Assembly: GCA_963782915.1 (NCBI GenBank)
Contig: CAWALK010000012.1
Location: 224,001-288,000 of the forward strand
DNA length: 64,000 nt
Source of the DNA: an uncultured archaeon
Lineage (GTDB): Archaea > Thermoproteota > Bathyarchaeia > Bathyarchaeales > Bathycorpusculaceae
Direction of reading: 5' to 3'
How positions within the stretch are numbered: the first letter of the stretch is position 1; every line of letters starts with the position of its first letter. Shown one piece after another: positions 1-9,265 of the stretch. The position numbers and the translations under genes are program-made. The notes under the pieces are model-generated. The model saw nothing but the letters and a program-made list of their open reading frames with translations, was not told where the DNA came from and ran no database searches.

Positions 1-2
1 TC

Positions 3-170
3 AGCCGCGGCGAAGCAAGCATAGCGTTTCTGGTGAATCCGATTAAGGCTAAAACAGTTGCAGAAGTTGCGGTGCAGCATGAAGTTTTACCTGAAAAGAG
101 CACTGATTTTTATCCGAAACTGGTATCAGGCTTAGTGCTTATGGATATTTCTGCTAGCGAAAAACTCTAA
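3..170 (+). CDS. DUF1015 family protein, C-terminal fragment (gene begins before the window)
   Basis: Manual translation ...AFLVNPIKAKTVAEVAVQHEVLPEKSTDFYPKLVSGLVLMDISASEKL* resembles the DUF1015 C-terminal P.KST.F.PKL.SGL motif. Confidence 0.7.
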   Translation, partial: SRGEASIAFLVNPIKAKTVAEVAVQHEVLPEKSTDFYPKLVSGLVLMDISASEKL

Positions 171-263
171 GCAGAACATCCATTTTAGCGTTTTTTTGTA
201 TACAACAATTATTTATTAAGACACAGAGAGTAAACGCTAAACAGCTAAAAAGAGGAAAAACAA

Positions 264-994
264 TTGACAAGTGAAGTAGAAAAAGTAGAGAAACCAGCTT
301 CTGTCCCAACACAAATCAAACCCATCACAAGATACACAGCAGAATTAATCGGCACAATGGTTCTAGTACTCATGGGCTGCGGCAGCGCAGTCATCGCAGG
401 CTATAACATCGGATTCTTAGGCATCTCATTCGCTTTCGGTATTGCGGTGATGGCAATGGTGTATGCCATCGGCGGCATAAGCGGCTGCCACATAAACCCC
501 GCTATCACTGTTTCAATGCTTATCGCAAGAAAAATCAGCGTAAAAGATGCCGCTTTATACATAGTTTTCCAATGCATCGGTGCAATAATCGGAGCAGGCA
601 TACTCTATTCCATAGCAAGCGGTATTCCATCGTATAGTTTGGCAACAACAGGTTTAGGCCAAAACGGTTACGGAACAGCTTCCCCAGCAGGATACAATTT
701 GATGTCAGCATTAATTGCAGAAATCGTATTGACTTTCATCTTTGTACTTGTCGTGCATGGCTCAACTCATGAACGTGTGCCAAAAGGATTCGCAGGTTTA
801 TCCATCGGCATTGAGTTTGGTGCTAATTCACCTCGTTGGTATACCAATCACCGGAACATCAGTGAATCCCGCAAGAAGTTTAGGCCCAGCCTTATTTGTC
901 GGCGGAACTAGCGCTGAATCAAGTTTGGTTATTCATAGTGGCTCCAATCATCGGCGGCATCATAGCTGCTCTTGTCTGGAAACTCTTCAAGTAA
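264..994 (+). CDS. MIP family aquaporin (AqpZ-like), frameshifted near 810 and 910
   Basis: Both NPA motifs are present in different frames ([25 protein letters not shown]). A third frame gives the typical end [24 protein letters not shown]. Confidence 0.9.
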
Positions 995-1047
995 CCAAGA
1001 AGCAAGCAACCAACCATTTCCCCCACCCTTTTTTTGGGGTAAAAGGA

Positions 1048-1194
1048 TTATTTAACGAATTTAGTGGGTTGACGCTTGAATCGTTTCTTACAGACTAAGC
1101 TGCAGAAATGGAAGGTTTCTCCTTCGTAAGAAATTTTGAACTTTGCAGTATTCTCATCGAGAACTGCGCCGCAAACTGGATCTCTCATTGACAT
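1048..1194 (-). CDS. YHS/TRASH-domain small metal-binding protein (48 aa, not in ORF track)
   Basis: Manual translation [48 protein letters not shown] has the DPVCG...Y.G..FHFCS..C...F...P signature. Confidence 0.85.
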   Translation of the reverse strand: MSMRDPVCGAVLDENTAKFKISYEGETFHFCSLVCKKRFKRQPTKFVK

Positions 1195-1335
1195 TAGGTG
1201 TATTATAGCCTCACTGCATCAATTCGCATTTCACCCTTTTATGGTTAGTGGTGCCTTAAAGTTAAAGCGACAAGAAAACTGTGGCTTTTCTCCGAATAGG
1301 TGTTATTTGGAGGCTATTTCTAGTACTTAACCAAT

Positions 1336-1585
1336 TTTTCTATTTGTAGTTGTTGCCGAAAAGCCGCTATACACAACAACAACCAACGGGTTTGGTTTTG
1401 GCGTCTGTTTTGGGGTTGGCTGGTTTAGGCGGTTGCAGGCTGGTTGCGGCGGTTTGGGCAAGCAACTCGGTTTTAAGTGCAGGTGGACCTACCTACCTCA
1501 GAGGCACCTACCCCTCCCTTATATAAAGAATACATAAGCGTACTTTTGTTGCTTTGCCGAGGTACCCCCTCCCTCTATATATAGA
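1336..1585 (+). repeat. Dispersed intergenic repeat, copy A (full length)
   Basis: Colinear with 60259-60510. It has GTTGTTGCCGAAAA...CTATACACAACAACAACCA, a ~105 nt core with about 9 mismatches by manual count, and the end TGTTGCTTTGCCGAGGTACCCCCTCCCTCTATATATAG. Confidence 0.85.
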
Positions 1586-1847
1586 CTGAATTTGTGAATA
1601 ATTGAACAGCGCAAATCCAGTTGAGCAATATCACAGCACACCACTTATTCGCATTGGACACCCATAAAAAGAAATCCACCACATAAAAAAGTCAGAACCT
1701 GCTCCAACCATTTACCGACGTGGAGGAAGAGATCGAAAACCGTTTTACCGATTTGCTGAGTGCATTAACACTAGATGATAATCAACTTGTAGTTTTTAGC
1801 GTAAATTACATAAGGTACGCTAGTGTTAGCCAAGTAATCGGTGCACA

Positions 1848-3026
1848 ATGACAAGTAGTAACAAAACAATCACGTCTTGCCTTTTTTATGCTTGCACTGT
1901 TAAGTCTAAGCTTGATTGCAGCCCTTCCAAGGGATACAGCTGCGCAGTCAAGAGAACACTTGGGAACTCAAAATACCCAAAACACCTCTAGGAGACGTTT
2001 ATGGCGCAGTTGCCGCAGACGGCAAAATTTACGTTTTCCGAAGTGGCTTTTTCTGCCATGACCCCGCCACTGGCGTCTCGCACCGAAAAAGCACCTTTAA
2101 GAATACCGTTTGAATGGGAAGGTAAAGGAGACGACTGCGCCTATACAGCAGTGACGCTGCAAAACGAGATTTATGTGATAGGCGGAGTTCACAAGGGTAG
2201 ACAGAACAAAGAATTCGATTTTGTAAAAATCTACGACACTACCCATGACTCATGGAGAAATGGCACTGTTCCAAGTTACCAAATAGAATATTTCCCCATA
2301 GCTAACGCGGTTGATGGAAAAATCTATCTTTTGGATGGAAGAAGTGGACACCTTGAAATGTTTGTTCCATCTTCTGACAGTTGGACCGCCAAAACTCCAT
2401 TTCCAGTTTGGTATCTCGCCATGGAAATACAGGACCCACGAATAGATCAAACGGTTGTAATTAACGACAGAATTTATTGTTTCACTTCGCCAAACTATAA
2501 TTCGCCCCCTCGCATGATAATTTATGATACAAAGACTGACAATTGGTTATCTGGAACCAACCCACCTGTTACAAATTCTCAAGCCTCTCATCTTACATTT
2601 GTATGCGCAACAACGGGACGTTTTGCTCCACAAAGAATCTACTATATCGGGGCACAATCATATTATCCAACAACTCCAGCTTTCAGTTATGTCTATGATC
2701 TGTTAAATGATTCTTGGAGCACCGCAGAATCCCTTTCTACTTCAACTTTAGGTTACTCTGCCCGCACCGTGTTGAATGATAAAATATATTATTTTGCAGT
2801 TAACGGCAGCCAAGTTGAAGTGTACACTCCGATTGGGTACAGCACAACGCCTTTGGCGCTTTCGCCATCGCCAACTTACCCACAAAATAGCATTTTACCC
2901 AAAACAAATTATGTGGTTTATGCGCAAGTAGCTGTTGGGGTTATAATCGCTGTATCTATTTTTCTGGTAGCAATTCACTTGCGTAAGTCAAAAGCCAAGA
3001 AAAGAAAGATATCTAGCGACAATTAA
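1848..3026 (+). CDS. Kelch-repeat beta-propeller surface protein with signal peptide and C-terminal TM anchor (frameshifted 5' part)
   Basis: Kelch motifs (EIYVIGG...IYD...DSW, GKIYLLDG, YD.KTDNW), a P/T-rich linker, a TM helix and a basic tail. The hydrophobic N-terminal segment lies in another frame downstream of ATG 1848. Confidence 0.8.
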
Positions 3027-3083
3027 ACTGTTGTAATTAAGTATACCAAAAAACGAAAAGAATCCCTCTAAAGAGGGCGCTAA

Positions 3084-3472
3084 TTAACTGATTGAGACTG
3101 TGTCGTTTTCTACTGTTACTTTATTGCCTGTCTTAAATTTGGAGACGTCAATTTTGTCTACGAATGGGTATTTCGCTGATGATGGCTCCGACTGCGACGA
3201 TGGTTTCGGTTTCTTTGTTTATCATGGCTGCTGGGGCGACGCCGTTCTTTTTTAGGCGATAGAGCGTGTAGCTGCCCACTGTGCTGCCTTTGCCCTGTGG
3301 GAAGACGAGGATTTTGCCCTTCACGCTGACGCCGTTTAATTCGTGCCCTTTTTCCATAACTACGCCTGTGTTGGGGTCAACTCCGCCATAGAAGCTAATA
3401 GGCATCGTAGTTACCAGTGCTTCGCCTTGGGCTTTGCCTTTGTAGATTATTCGTGCCTTTTAATTGTTCCAT
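3084..3472 (-). CDS. Aconitase X swivel subunit (DUF126); putative phosphomevalonate dehydratase small subunit, frameshifted
   Basis: [11 protein letters not shown]...[22 protein letters not shown] signature. The start MEQLKG overlaps the large-subunit stop and the end FVDKID...TVSIS* is in another frame. Confidence 0.85.
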
Positions 3473-4670
3473 TTTCCGGTCACCGCTGCATTAACGCATT
3501 CTTCCATACTGCCCATCTTGGTTTTCATGAGGCTCTGTCTCGAGTAGAAGCAGCCCTTCGCCGATGTGGTTGCTAAGGCTTTGAATCTGCCTTTTAATGG
3601 CGCTACTGCCATGCAGGTGTCGCATGCGAATTTGCCGCCTGCTGCTTCGATGGTGGCTGTGTAGCCGCGTTTGTCCGCTAATTGTTTGGCTGTTCGTGAG
3701 GTTGCTACCCAGAGTTCTGTGCCTTCTTTGACTTTTTTGCCTTCGAGTAAGTCTGGCGATTTCTTGGATTTCTTTGATTGAGCAATGGGGGCAGCCGACG
3801 CAGACAAAATCTATGTCCTCTACGATCGTCGTTGATGTTGTCGTAGGCGTTTTTGATGTCTGCTGCTTCGATGGTTACTGTTTCTTTGGGTTGGGTTTGG
3901 GCTTCTGCTCCTGGTGTTATGCCTTTCATGTAGAAGAGCGGTTTAGCGCCGTAAGTTACTACTGAGGCGCAGAAGCTTTTGAGTTCATCCAGGGTTGCCG
4001 TTTTGATGCCTGTGATGTAGGGGATTTTGTTTTCTGCTTTTTTGCCGATGGCGTAGCCGAGTGCGCCCCAATCTGAGAGTTTGGTTAAGGGGGTGTTTAC
4101 TTGGACGTGGACATCTGGCACACGGTTTTCGTCGAGGTGTAAGCCGTAGCAGGGGGTTTTGCCCACAAATGCTGCTGCCAGTGCAGATGGTCCGCCTTCG
4201 CGGTTGGTGCGTGCACCCAACACTGAGTTGGCAAAAGTGACTGCGCTGCTTTCTGACCATGCGATGTGTTCGCCGTAGAGTGGCAGGTTGCCGATGAGGT
4301 AGGGTGTGCAGGTGCAGCTGATTAGGATGCCCATGCGTTGGAATGCGTCGATGACGAGGTTTTGTTTTTCTGCGAATTCGGGGCTGATGCCGAGTTGCTT
4401 CCAGTTTTCGAGGTCCATGCCTGCTGGGTTTAGGGTGGTCAGGACTTTGACTCTGCCATCCTTTGCGAGTGAGTCGAGGAATTCTAATCCGGCATCGCCG
4501 AGGTTATGGTAGCTTACGCCGGCTACTTGGACGCTGCCTACATCGATGAGGCTTTTAGCGCCGAAAATTTCTCCCAGCGCAACCAAGATTTCCATGCTTT
4601 TGCGGACGGCGTAGCCTTCTTTGCCATCCAGCATTGCTTGCTCTTGCTTAGTCAATTCCATAGCTATCAC
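3460..4670 (-). CDS. Aconitase X catalytic subunit (DUF521); putative phosphomevalonate dehydratase large subunit, frameshift near 3810
   Basis: MELT..E.AML.G..G, CTCTPY, AWSESSA..FANSV.GARTNREGG, and C-terminal DTC...P and TTSAK motifs. Confidence 0.9.
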
Positions 4671-5983
4671 AGGTACTTGTTTAGGTCAACTTTTACGTAG
4701 TCTACTTTACTAAAGCCTTTTCCCGTCGAAACCAAGGGTGCGGTGGCGTCTAAGCCTGCTTTGGCTGTGGTCGCCTTTTTGCCCTCGCTTAAGTCGCCTG
4801 AGGGGTCAAGAGATGAGCCGGGCTGGTTAGAGAGGATGACGCTGTTTTTGTCTGCTTGGAAACGTGTAGCGATTGCCCATTCCACGTCGTGTGGGTCATA
4901 GATGTTGATGTCTTCGTCGACTATGACGCAGTGCTTGAGTGAGCCATGCCCCTTGAAGGTGGCATCTATGGCTTTTCTGCCGTCATCCGGGTTTTGTTTT
5001 TTGATTTGGACAACGGCGTGTAGCCAGCTGCATCCGCCGGGTGTGATGTAGACGTCTTTGCATTGGCAGACTTTGCTGACTTCTTTGTAGATGGTTGGTT
5101 CTTTGGGCATGCCCATTAGGAATTTGTGCTCGTTTCTGCCCGCAAGGATGGTTTGGTAAATGGGGTTTTGGCGGTGTGTGACGCATTTGATTTCGACCAC
5201 GGGCTGTTGGCGTGTGCGGTCAACGATGCCGGTCAAGTCAAGGAAGGGTCCCTCTGTGGCTTTCTCTTTGGTAATTCTGCCTTCAAAGACGAATTCGCAG
5301 TCAGCGGGGACTTCTAAGTCAACTGTTTTACATTTCACCAAATCAGTTTTTTCTAGCACGTTTGCCATGCTTAACTCGTCAGCGCCCATCGGCAGGGTGG
5401 TGGCTGCTGAAAGCAGGGTTGCGGTTGAGTTGCCAAGGCAAATTGCGATGTCTAATTCGCCGCCTGCCTTAGCCAGCGCGGTATCTGTGCCTCTGTGCTC
5501 GACGATGCGGGCGACAAAATGGTTCTTGTCTTTAAGCATCAATCGGTGGAAGCACATGTTGCGTTTGCCCGTTTCCGGGTCTTTGACGATGGAGACGGCT
5601 GAGGCGATGTATTTTCCGCCGTCCTTGTCGGTGTAATGCATTATTGGGAGTTTGGTTAAGTCCACATCTGCGCCTGTATGGACGACTTCTTGGCAAGGGG
5701 CTTTCTCTACCATTTGTGGCGCAACTGGATGCTCGATGGCGTCAAGCAGTTTTGGCAGAAGTTGCTCTTTTGTGATGCCCATACTGCGGCAAATCAGCTC
5801 TTTAGAAGAAACCAACCCAGCCACCACTGGGATGCTGGATTCTTTGACGTTCTCGAAAAGGACTGGTTTTTCGCCGAGTGCAGCGATGATGCCTGCCATC
5901 TCAAACTCGGTTGAGACGGGCTTTGTGATCTTGGTTAATTCATTGGTTTTTTGGAGTTGTTCTATAAAGTTTCTTAAGCCCAC
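4667..5983 (-). CDS. UbiD family decarboxylase; putative anhydromevalonate phosphate decarboxylase
   Basis: UbiD motifs (EGPF.D.TG, VDEDI.IYD..DVEWAIATRFQ, SLDPS). Operonic with the two AcnX subunits. Confidence 0.9.
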   Translation of the reverse strand: MGLRNFIEQLQKTNELTKITKPVSTEFEMAGIIAALGEKPVLFENVKESSIPVVAGLVSSKELICRSMGITKEQLLPKLLDAIEHPVAPQMVEKAPCQEVVHTGADVDLTKLPIMHYTDKDGGKYIASAVSIVKDPETGKRNMCFHRLMLKDKNHFVARIVEHRGTDTALAKAGGELDIAICLGNSTATLLSAATTLPMGADELSMANVLEKTDLVKCKTVDLEVPADCEFVFEGRITKEKATEGPFLDLTGIVDRTRQQPVVEIKCVTHRQNPIYQTILAGRNEHKFLMGMPKEPTIYKEVSKVCQCKDVYITPGGCSWLHAVVQIKKQNPDDGRKAIDATFKGHGSLKHCVIVDEDINIYDPHDVEWAIATRFQADKNSVILSNQPGSSLDPSGDLSEGKKATTAKAGLDATAPLVSTGKGFSKVDYVKVDLNKYL

Positions 5984-6029
5984 TTTGGTTCGCCTTTAGC
6001 AGATTTAGCTGGTTGCTTCTTAAAAAACA

Positions 6030-6300
6030 ATCGGCGTTTTGTCTTTTTTCTTTTGGGTGGGGGCAGTGCGGTTTGGGGTGTCCCATCCCATCTGGGGGTT
6101 GTGGGGGCGGTTGGTTTTTGTGTTTGGGCTGATTTTCAAGTGTTTTGTGGGTGGGTGGAGCTCTTTTTTTGTCCCATCGGGTATGTTGAGCTATGTTGGG
6201 TGGGATGGGGTGCGGATGGGGCAGTATGTTGAGTTGAGCAGATTTTTTGTTGGGCAATTTTTTGTTCTTCAGGTTCTGAGTAGGGAATTTATAAGTTTCT
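6030..6300 (+). other. G/T-skewed low-complexity leader with short direct and inverted repeats and a TATA-like box upstream of the terminase module
   Basis: Many G-runs; GTCCCATC at ~6079 and ~6171; complementary GATGGG at ~6204 and ~6215; TATGTTG(A/G)G three times; TTTATAAG at ~6288. Confidence 0.55.
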
Positions 6301-6325
6301 AGTGGCAACAGAGTTATCGATAGTT

Positions 6326-6787
6326 ATGCCGGGTAAAGTGTGGAAGGCAGAAGAAGAAGCACAATTAAGAGCCCTTGTTGAAGCCAACTTGAACGTGGAT
6401 GAAATCGCTGCTAAACTCAAAAAGACGCCCAAAGCAGTGATTACAAAAAGTCAACGTTTGGGTTTGCAGTTGCAGGTTAAGGGATATGTTGATACTGCGA
6501 TTGATCTTCCAAGGGAGTTGCTCAGTGTTGAGGAAACCGCAAAGATCCTATCAGGTGTCTTAAAGGCGTCCGTTAAACCCGGGTTGAACAGGCTTGAGGT
6601 CCAGCGGTTGATGGCTGTTGCTAACATCTCAAAGACGTATAAGGAAATAATTGTTGACTACATCCACATGCGAGAGGTGGAAGAAAAATTAGAGGAGGTA
6701 GTTGAGCAGAATGCGGCGCTCCAGCAGGCGATTCGAGAAATTCGGGAAAGAACCCCGAGCTTATCGCCCCAACCAGTTCCTAGCTAA
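6326..6787 (+). CDS. Myb-like HTH plus coiled-coil protein; candidate terminase small subunit or DNA-binding partner
   Basis: W..EEE.QL..L......DEIA.KL.KT.KAV..K..RLGL helix-turn-helix and a C-terminal coiled coil. It overlaps the TerL start. ATG 6326 is preferred over GTG 6302. Confidence 0.6.
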   Translation: MPGKVWKAEEEAQLRALVEANLNVDEIAAKLKKTPKAVITKSQRLGLQLQVKGYVDTAIDLPRELLSVEETAKILSGVLKASVKPGLNRLEVQRLMAVANISKTYKEIIVDYIHMREVEEKLEEVVEQNAALQQAIREIRERTPSLSPQPVPS

Positions 6788-8180
6788 GTACCGTGAGCTT
6801 GAGCGGGAACATAATCAACTTAGGCAAACAGTTACGGAGCGGACGCAACAATTAAGCGCTAATACTGCTGACTTTTTTGAGCAGGTCTTGGGTTTTAAAC
6901 TCTTTGCCTATCAAAAAGAGTTCGCGGATATCTTTGAAAATAACCAGTTTACGGCTGCCCGTTGGTGTCGCCAAAGCGGAAAAAGCCAAACCATATCTGC
7001 GCTGCTGCTAAAGTACGCGGTTACCCACCCCAACGCGGAGATCGGTATAGTGGGGCCTTCTTGGCGGCAAACCAAAAGAATCATATCACGAATAGCCATC
7101 CTCGCCCACAAGCTACCACCAAGCATTGTCTTTAAGCCACAAAAAACCCGGATCAGTTTTGTTAACGGAAGCAGCATTGAAGCTTTCCCTAACAACCCTG
7201 AAACAATCAGAGGCCCAACATTTGATGTAGTGTATGCGGATGAGTTCAACTTTGTAGCTAACGACCAAGACCTCTACGACGCCATCCTCTACACGCTTGC
7301 AACTACCAATGGTAAATTCGTCTGCAGCAGCACGCCCTGGAACACTGATAGCGTCTTTTACAAGATTTTTAACCATAAGAATTTTGGGGAATTCAAAACT
7401 TCGCATGTTACATTCAATCAGGCGCTAAGCCCAAATGGTCCACTCTTGCCAAAAACCCTGCAGAGTATCAAGACGCAGATGGGCGAGGACCCCTCCCGTT
7501 GGCAGAGGGAAATGATGGCGGATTGGGTTGAAGACGATAACGTCTGGCTAAATCAGAGCCTAATTGCTTCCTGTATTGGCACTGAAAAAAGTTGCAGCAT
7601 GGATCTACAGTTGTTTAACTCCGAGAAAAGCTATGAAGGCGACTTCTATTTGGGTTTGGACCCGGCACAAACCAGGGACTTTCACGTGTTGTCAGTGGTG
7701 GAGGTAGTTGATGAAAAGCTTTTGCTGAGGCATCTAAAGATTTTTCCACATCCCACCTATGACGCCACCGTTTTGGGTTACATCAAAGCCCTGCAAGATC
7801 GCTGGGGCGGATTCCAAAAAATTCGAGTCGACATCACCCGTGAAGGTCCAAGCTTCATTGCTGACATGGAAAATGCCGACATAGAGAATGCTGAGGGCGT
7901 TAACTTCAGTGTACCCCGCAAAAGCGAGATGGCCAACCTACTTAAGAAACGCATGCAAGACAGACGCTTCTTCTATCCCATGGTGTCGTTTGAGAAACCA
8001 TACCGGGGCGATATCTGCAACGAGTTAAATATAGAGCGGTTTGCGCTGCGTGCAGACGGAGGATTATCATTTAGTCATCCGCAGGGAACACACGACGACG
8101 TTTTCTGGAGTATAGCCTTAGCTGTATATGCAACGGCTGACATGGCACCTGAACCCTACTTGGCAGTTATGCCAAGGTAA
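6702..8180 (+). CDS. Phage terminase large subunit-like ATPase-nuclease
   Basis: YQ adenine-binding motif, Walker A RQSGKS, Walker B VVYADE, coupling motif SSTP, RNase H-like LGLDPAQTRD and C-terminal HDDVFWSIALA. The ORF is intact. Confidence 0.9.
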   Translation: MSRMRRSSRRFEKFGKEPRAYRPNQFLAKYRELEREHNQLRQTVTERTQQLSANTADFFEQVLGFKLFAYQKEFADIFENNQFTAARWCRQSGKSQTISALLLKYAVTHPNAEIGIVGPSWRQTKRIISRIAILAHKLPPSIVFKPQKTRISFVNGSSIEAFPNNPETIRGPTFDVVYADEFNFVANDQDLYDAILYTLATTNGKFVCSSTPWNTDSVFYKIFNHKNFGEFKTSHVTFNQALSPNGPLLPKTLQSIKTQMGEDPSRWQREMMADWVEDDNVWLNQSLIASCIGTEKSCSMDLQLFNSEKSYEGDFYLGLDPAQTRDFHVLSVVEVVDEKLLLRHLKIFPHPTYDATVLGYIKALQDRWGGFQKIRVDITREGPSFIADMENADIENAEGVNFSVPRKSEMANLLKKRMQDRRFFYPMVSFEKPYRGDICNELNIERFALRADGGLSFSHPQGTHDDVFWSIALAVYATADMAPEPYLAVMPR

Positions 8181-8639
8181 TCGGAAAATGTTAGATTCCG
8201 CAACCAATTTCGCCATATAGGTGCAGAGCCCAAGATAGACCCTGAGATATCGTCTAAATCGCGATAGTGGAGCGGCAAAAATATCCTACAACGAGCAATT
8301 AGGCCCGGATATGGGCATAGAAGCAATCACCTACCAGAGTCAAAGTCGACGATGGCAGAAATGAACCAAAAACTAAGCACTTTTAACAGAATAGTAATCT
8401 ACCCCAAATACCGAGCTATATGTCTCCGAGAAAAAATAAATCGCGTTAAAACCCACCGCGTGTTGGTGCTGAATAATTTGATGGTGATGAATATTTTTCA
8501 GTCGTTGATTCGTGTTTGTTATCCTCGGGAAAGCATGCAAGGACCCGATCGTTTCGGGTTGTTTGCGTTGTATGAGTCGCAGAATAAATGATTCTGTGGA
8601 CTAGAGAGATCTTACACCTAACTTTGGTCCAGAACCTGG

Positions 8640-9083
8640 TTTAAAGGTACGTTGATTGAGCTGGGCTTTGTGCAACACTCGAAACCTTAACTAACCAAGC
8701 ATCCCAGTAGTCAGTTCCAAAAGTGTTTGTGGAACCTGACAGTACAAAACCTCGTCACTAGATAATCATAGAAATCAATTGGTCGTCACCTGTTCCTCCG
8801 TAGGTTTGATTCCATAAATGTTGCCAGAAGAATCGGTCTTAACTAACCAAGCGTCCGCTTTGCCCTCACCCGAAGAGGCTGTGTAGCCTGCAGTGGCGTA
8901 TCCGCCGTCGAATGTTTGTATTACAGAAAAAGCCCACTCCGCTCAGGTTCCTCCGAAGGTTTTGCTCCAAACCTGACTGCCAGACTGGGTTGAATCAGTG
9001 AATGCGTCAATTGTATTGGGCGCATTTGCCGCTGCAACTGTTACGATCAACAGCAAAACCAAGCTTTTGTTTAGGATACTCAT
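8640..9083 (-). pseudogene. Degraded secreted beta-propeller repeat protein (W.QTYGG / DAWLVKTD repeats)
   Basis: Manual translation MSILNKSLVLLLIVTVAAA...QVWSKTFGGT*AEWAFSVIQTFDGGYATAGYT...DAWLVKTDSSGN/WNQTYGGTGDD...DAWLVK, with an in-frame TGA, frameshifts and truncation. Confidence 0.75.
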
Positions 9084-9243
9084 GGGTTCGCTTTTTATGG
9101 CGGGCAATAAATATCCTTATTTGTCCAATTTTCTTGTCTAAGTCTTGTGAAGGTTTCTGGACTAAATCGGTGGCGTCGATAGCGGTCGATTACAATCTTA
9201 ATTGGCACTGTTTAGATGCGTAAAAACTAAAAAGAAATTGAGA

Positions 9244-9261
9244 CTGGGCTTTTGTGCCCAG
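9244..9261 (-). terminator. Hairpin followed by a T-rich tract downstream of mvk
   Basis: CTGGGC-TTTTGT-GCCCAG stem just beyond the mvk stop, followed by a T-rich tract on the minus strand. Confidence 0.45.
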
Positions 9262-9265
9262 CTGT

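Noticed and set aside
5940-6308. ORFs 5940-6308(-) and 6039-6302(+)
   Set aside because: These are low-complexity translations of the G/T-skewed tract.
8352-8591. 79-aa ORF downstream of TerL as a third module gene
   Set aside because: No recognisable motif, and it is separated from TerL by ~170 bp; cannot be supported.
6000-9250. Complete provirus around the terminase
   Set aside because: No portal, capsid, tail, integrase or att-tRNA was recognised, and the flanks are metabolic genes.
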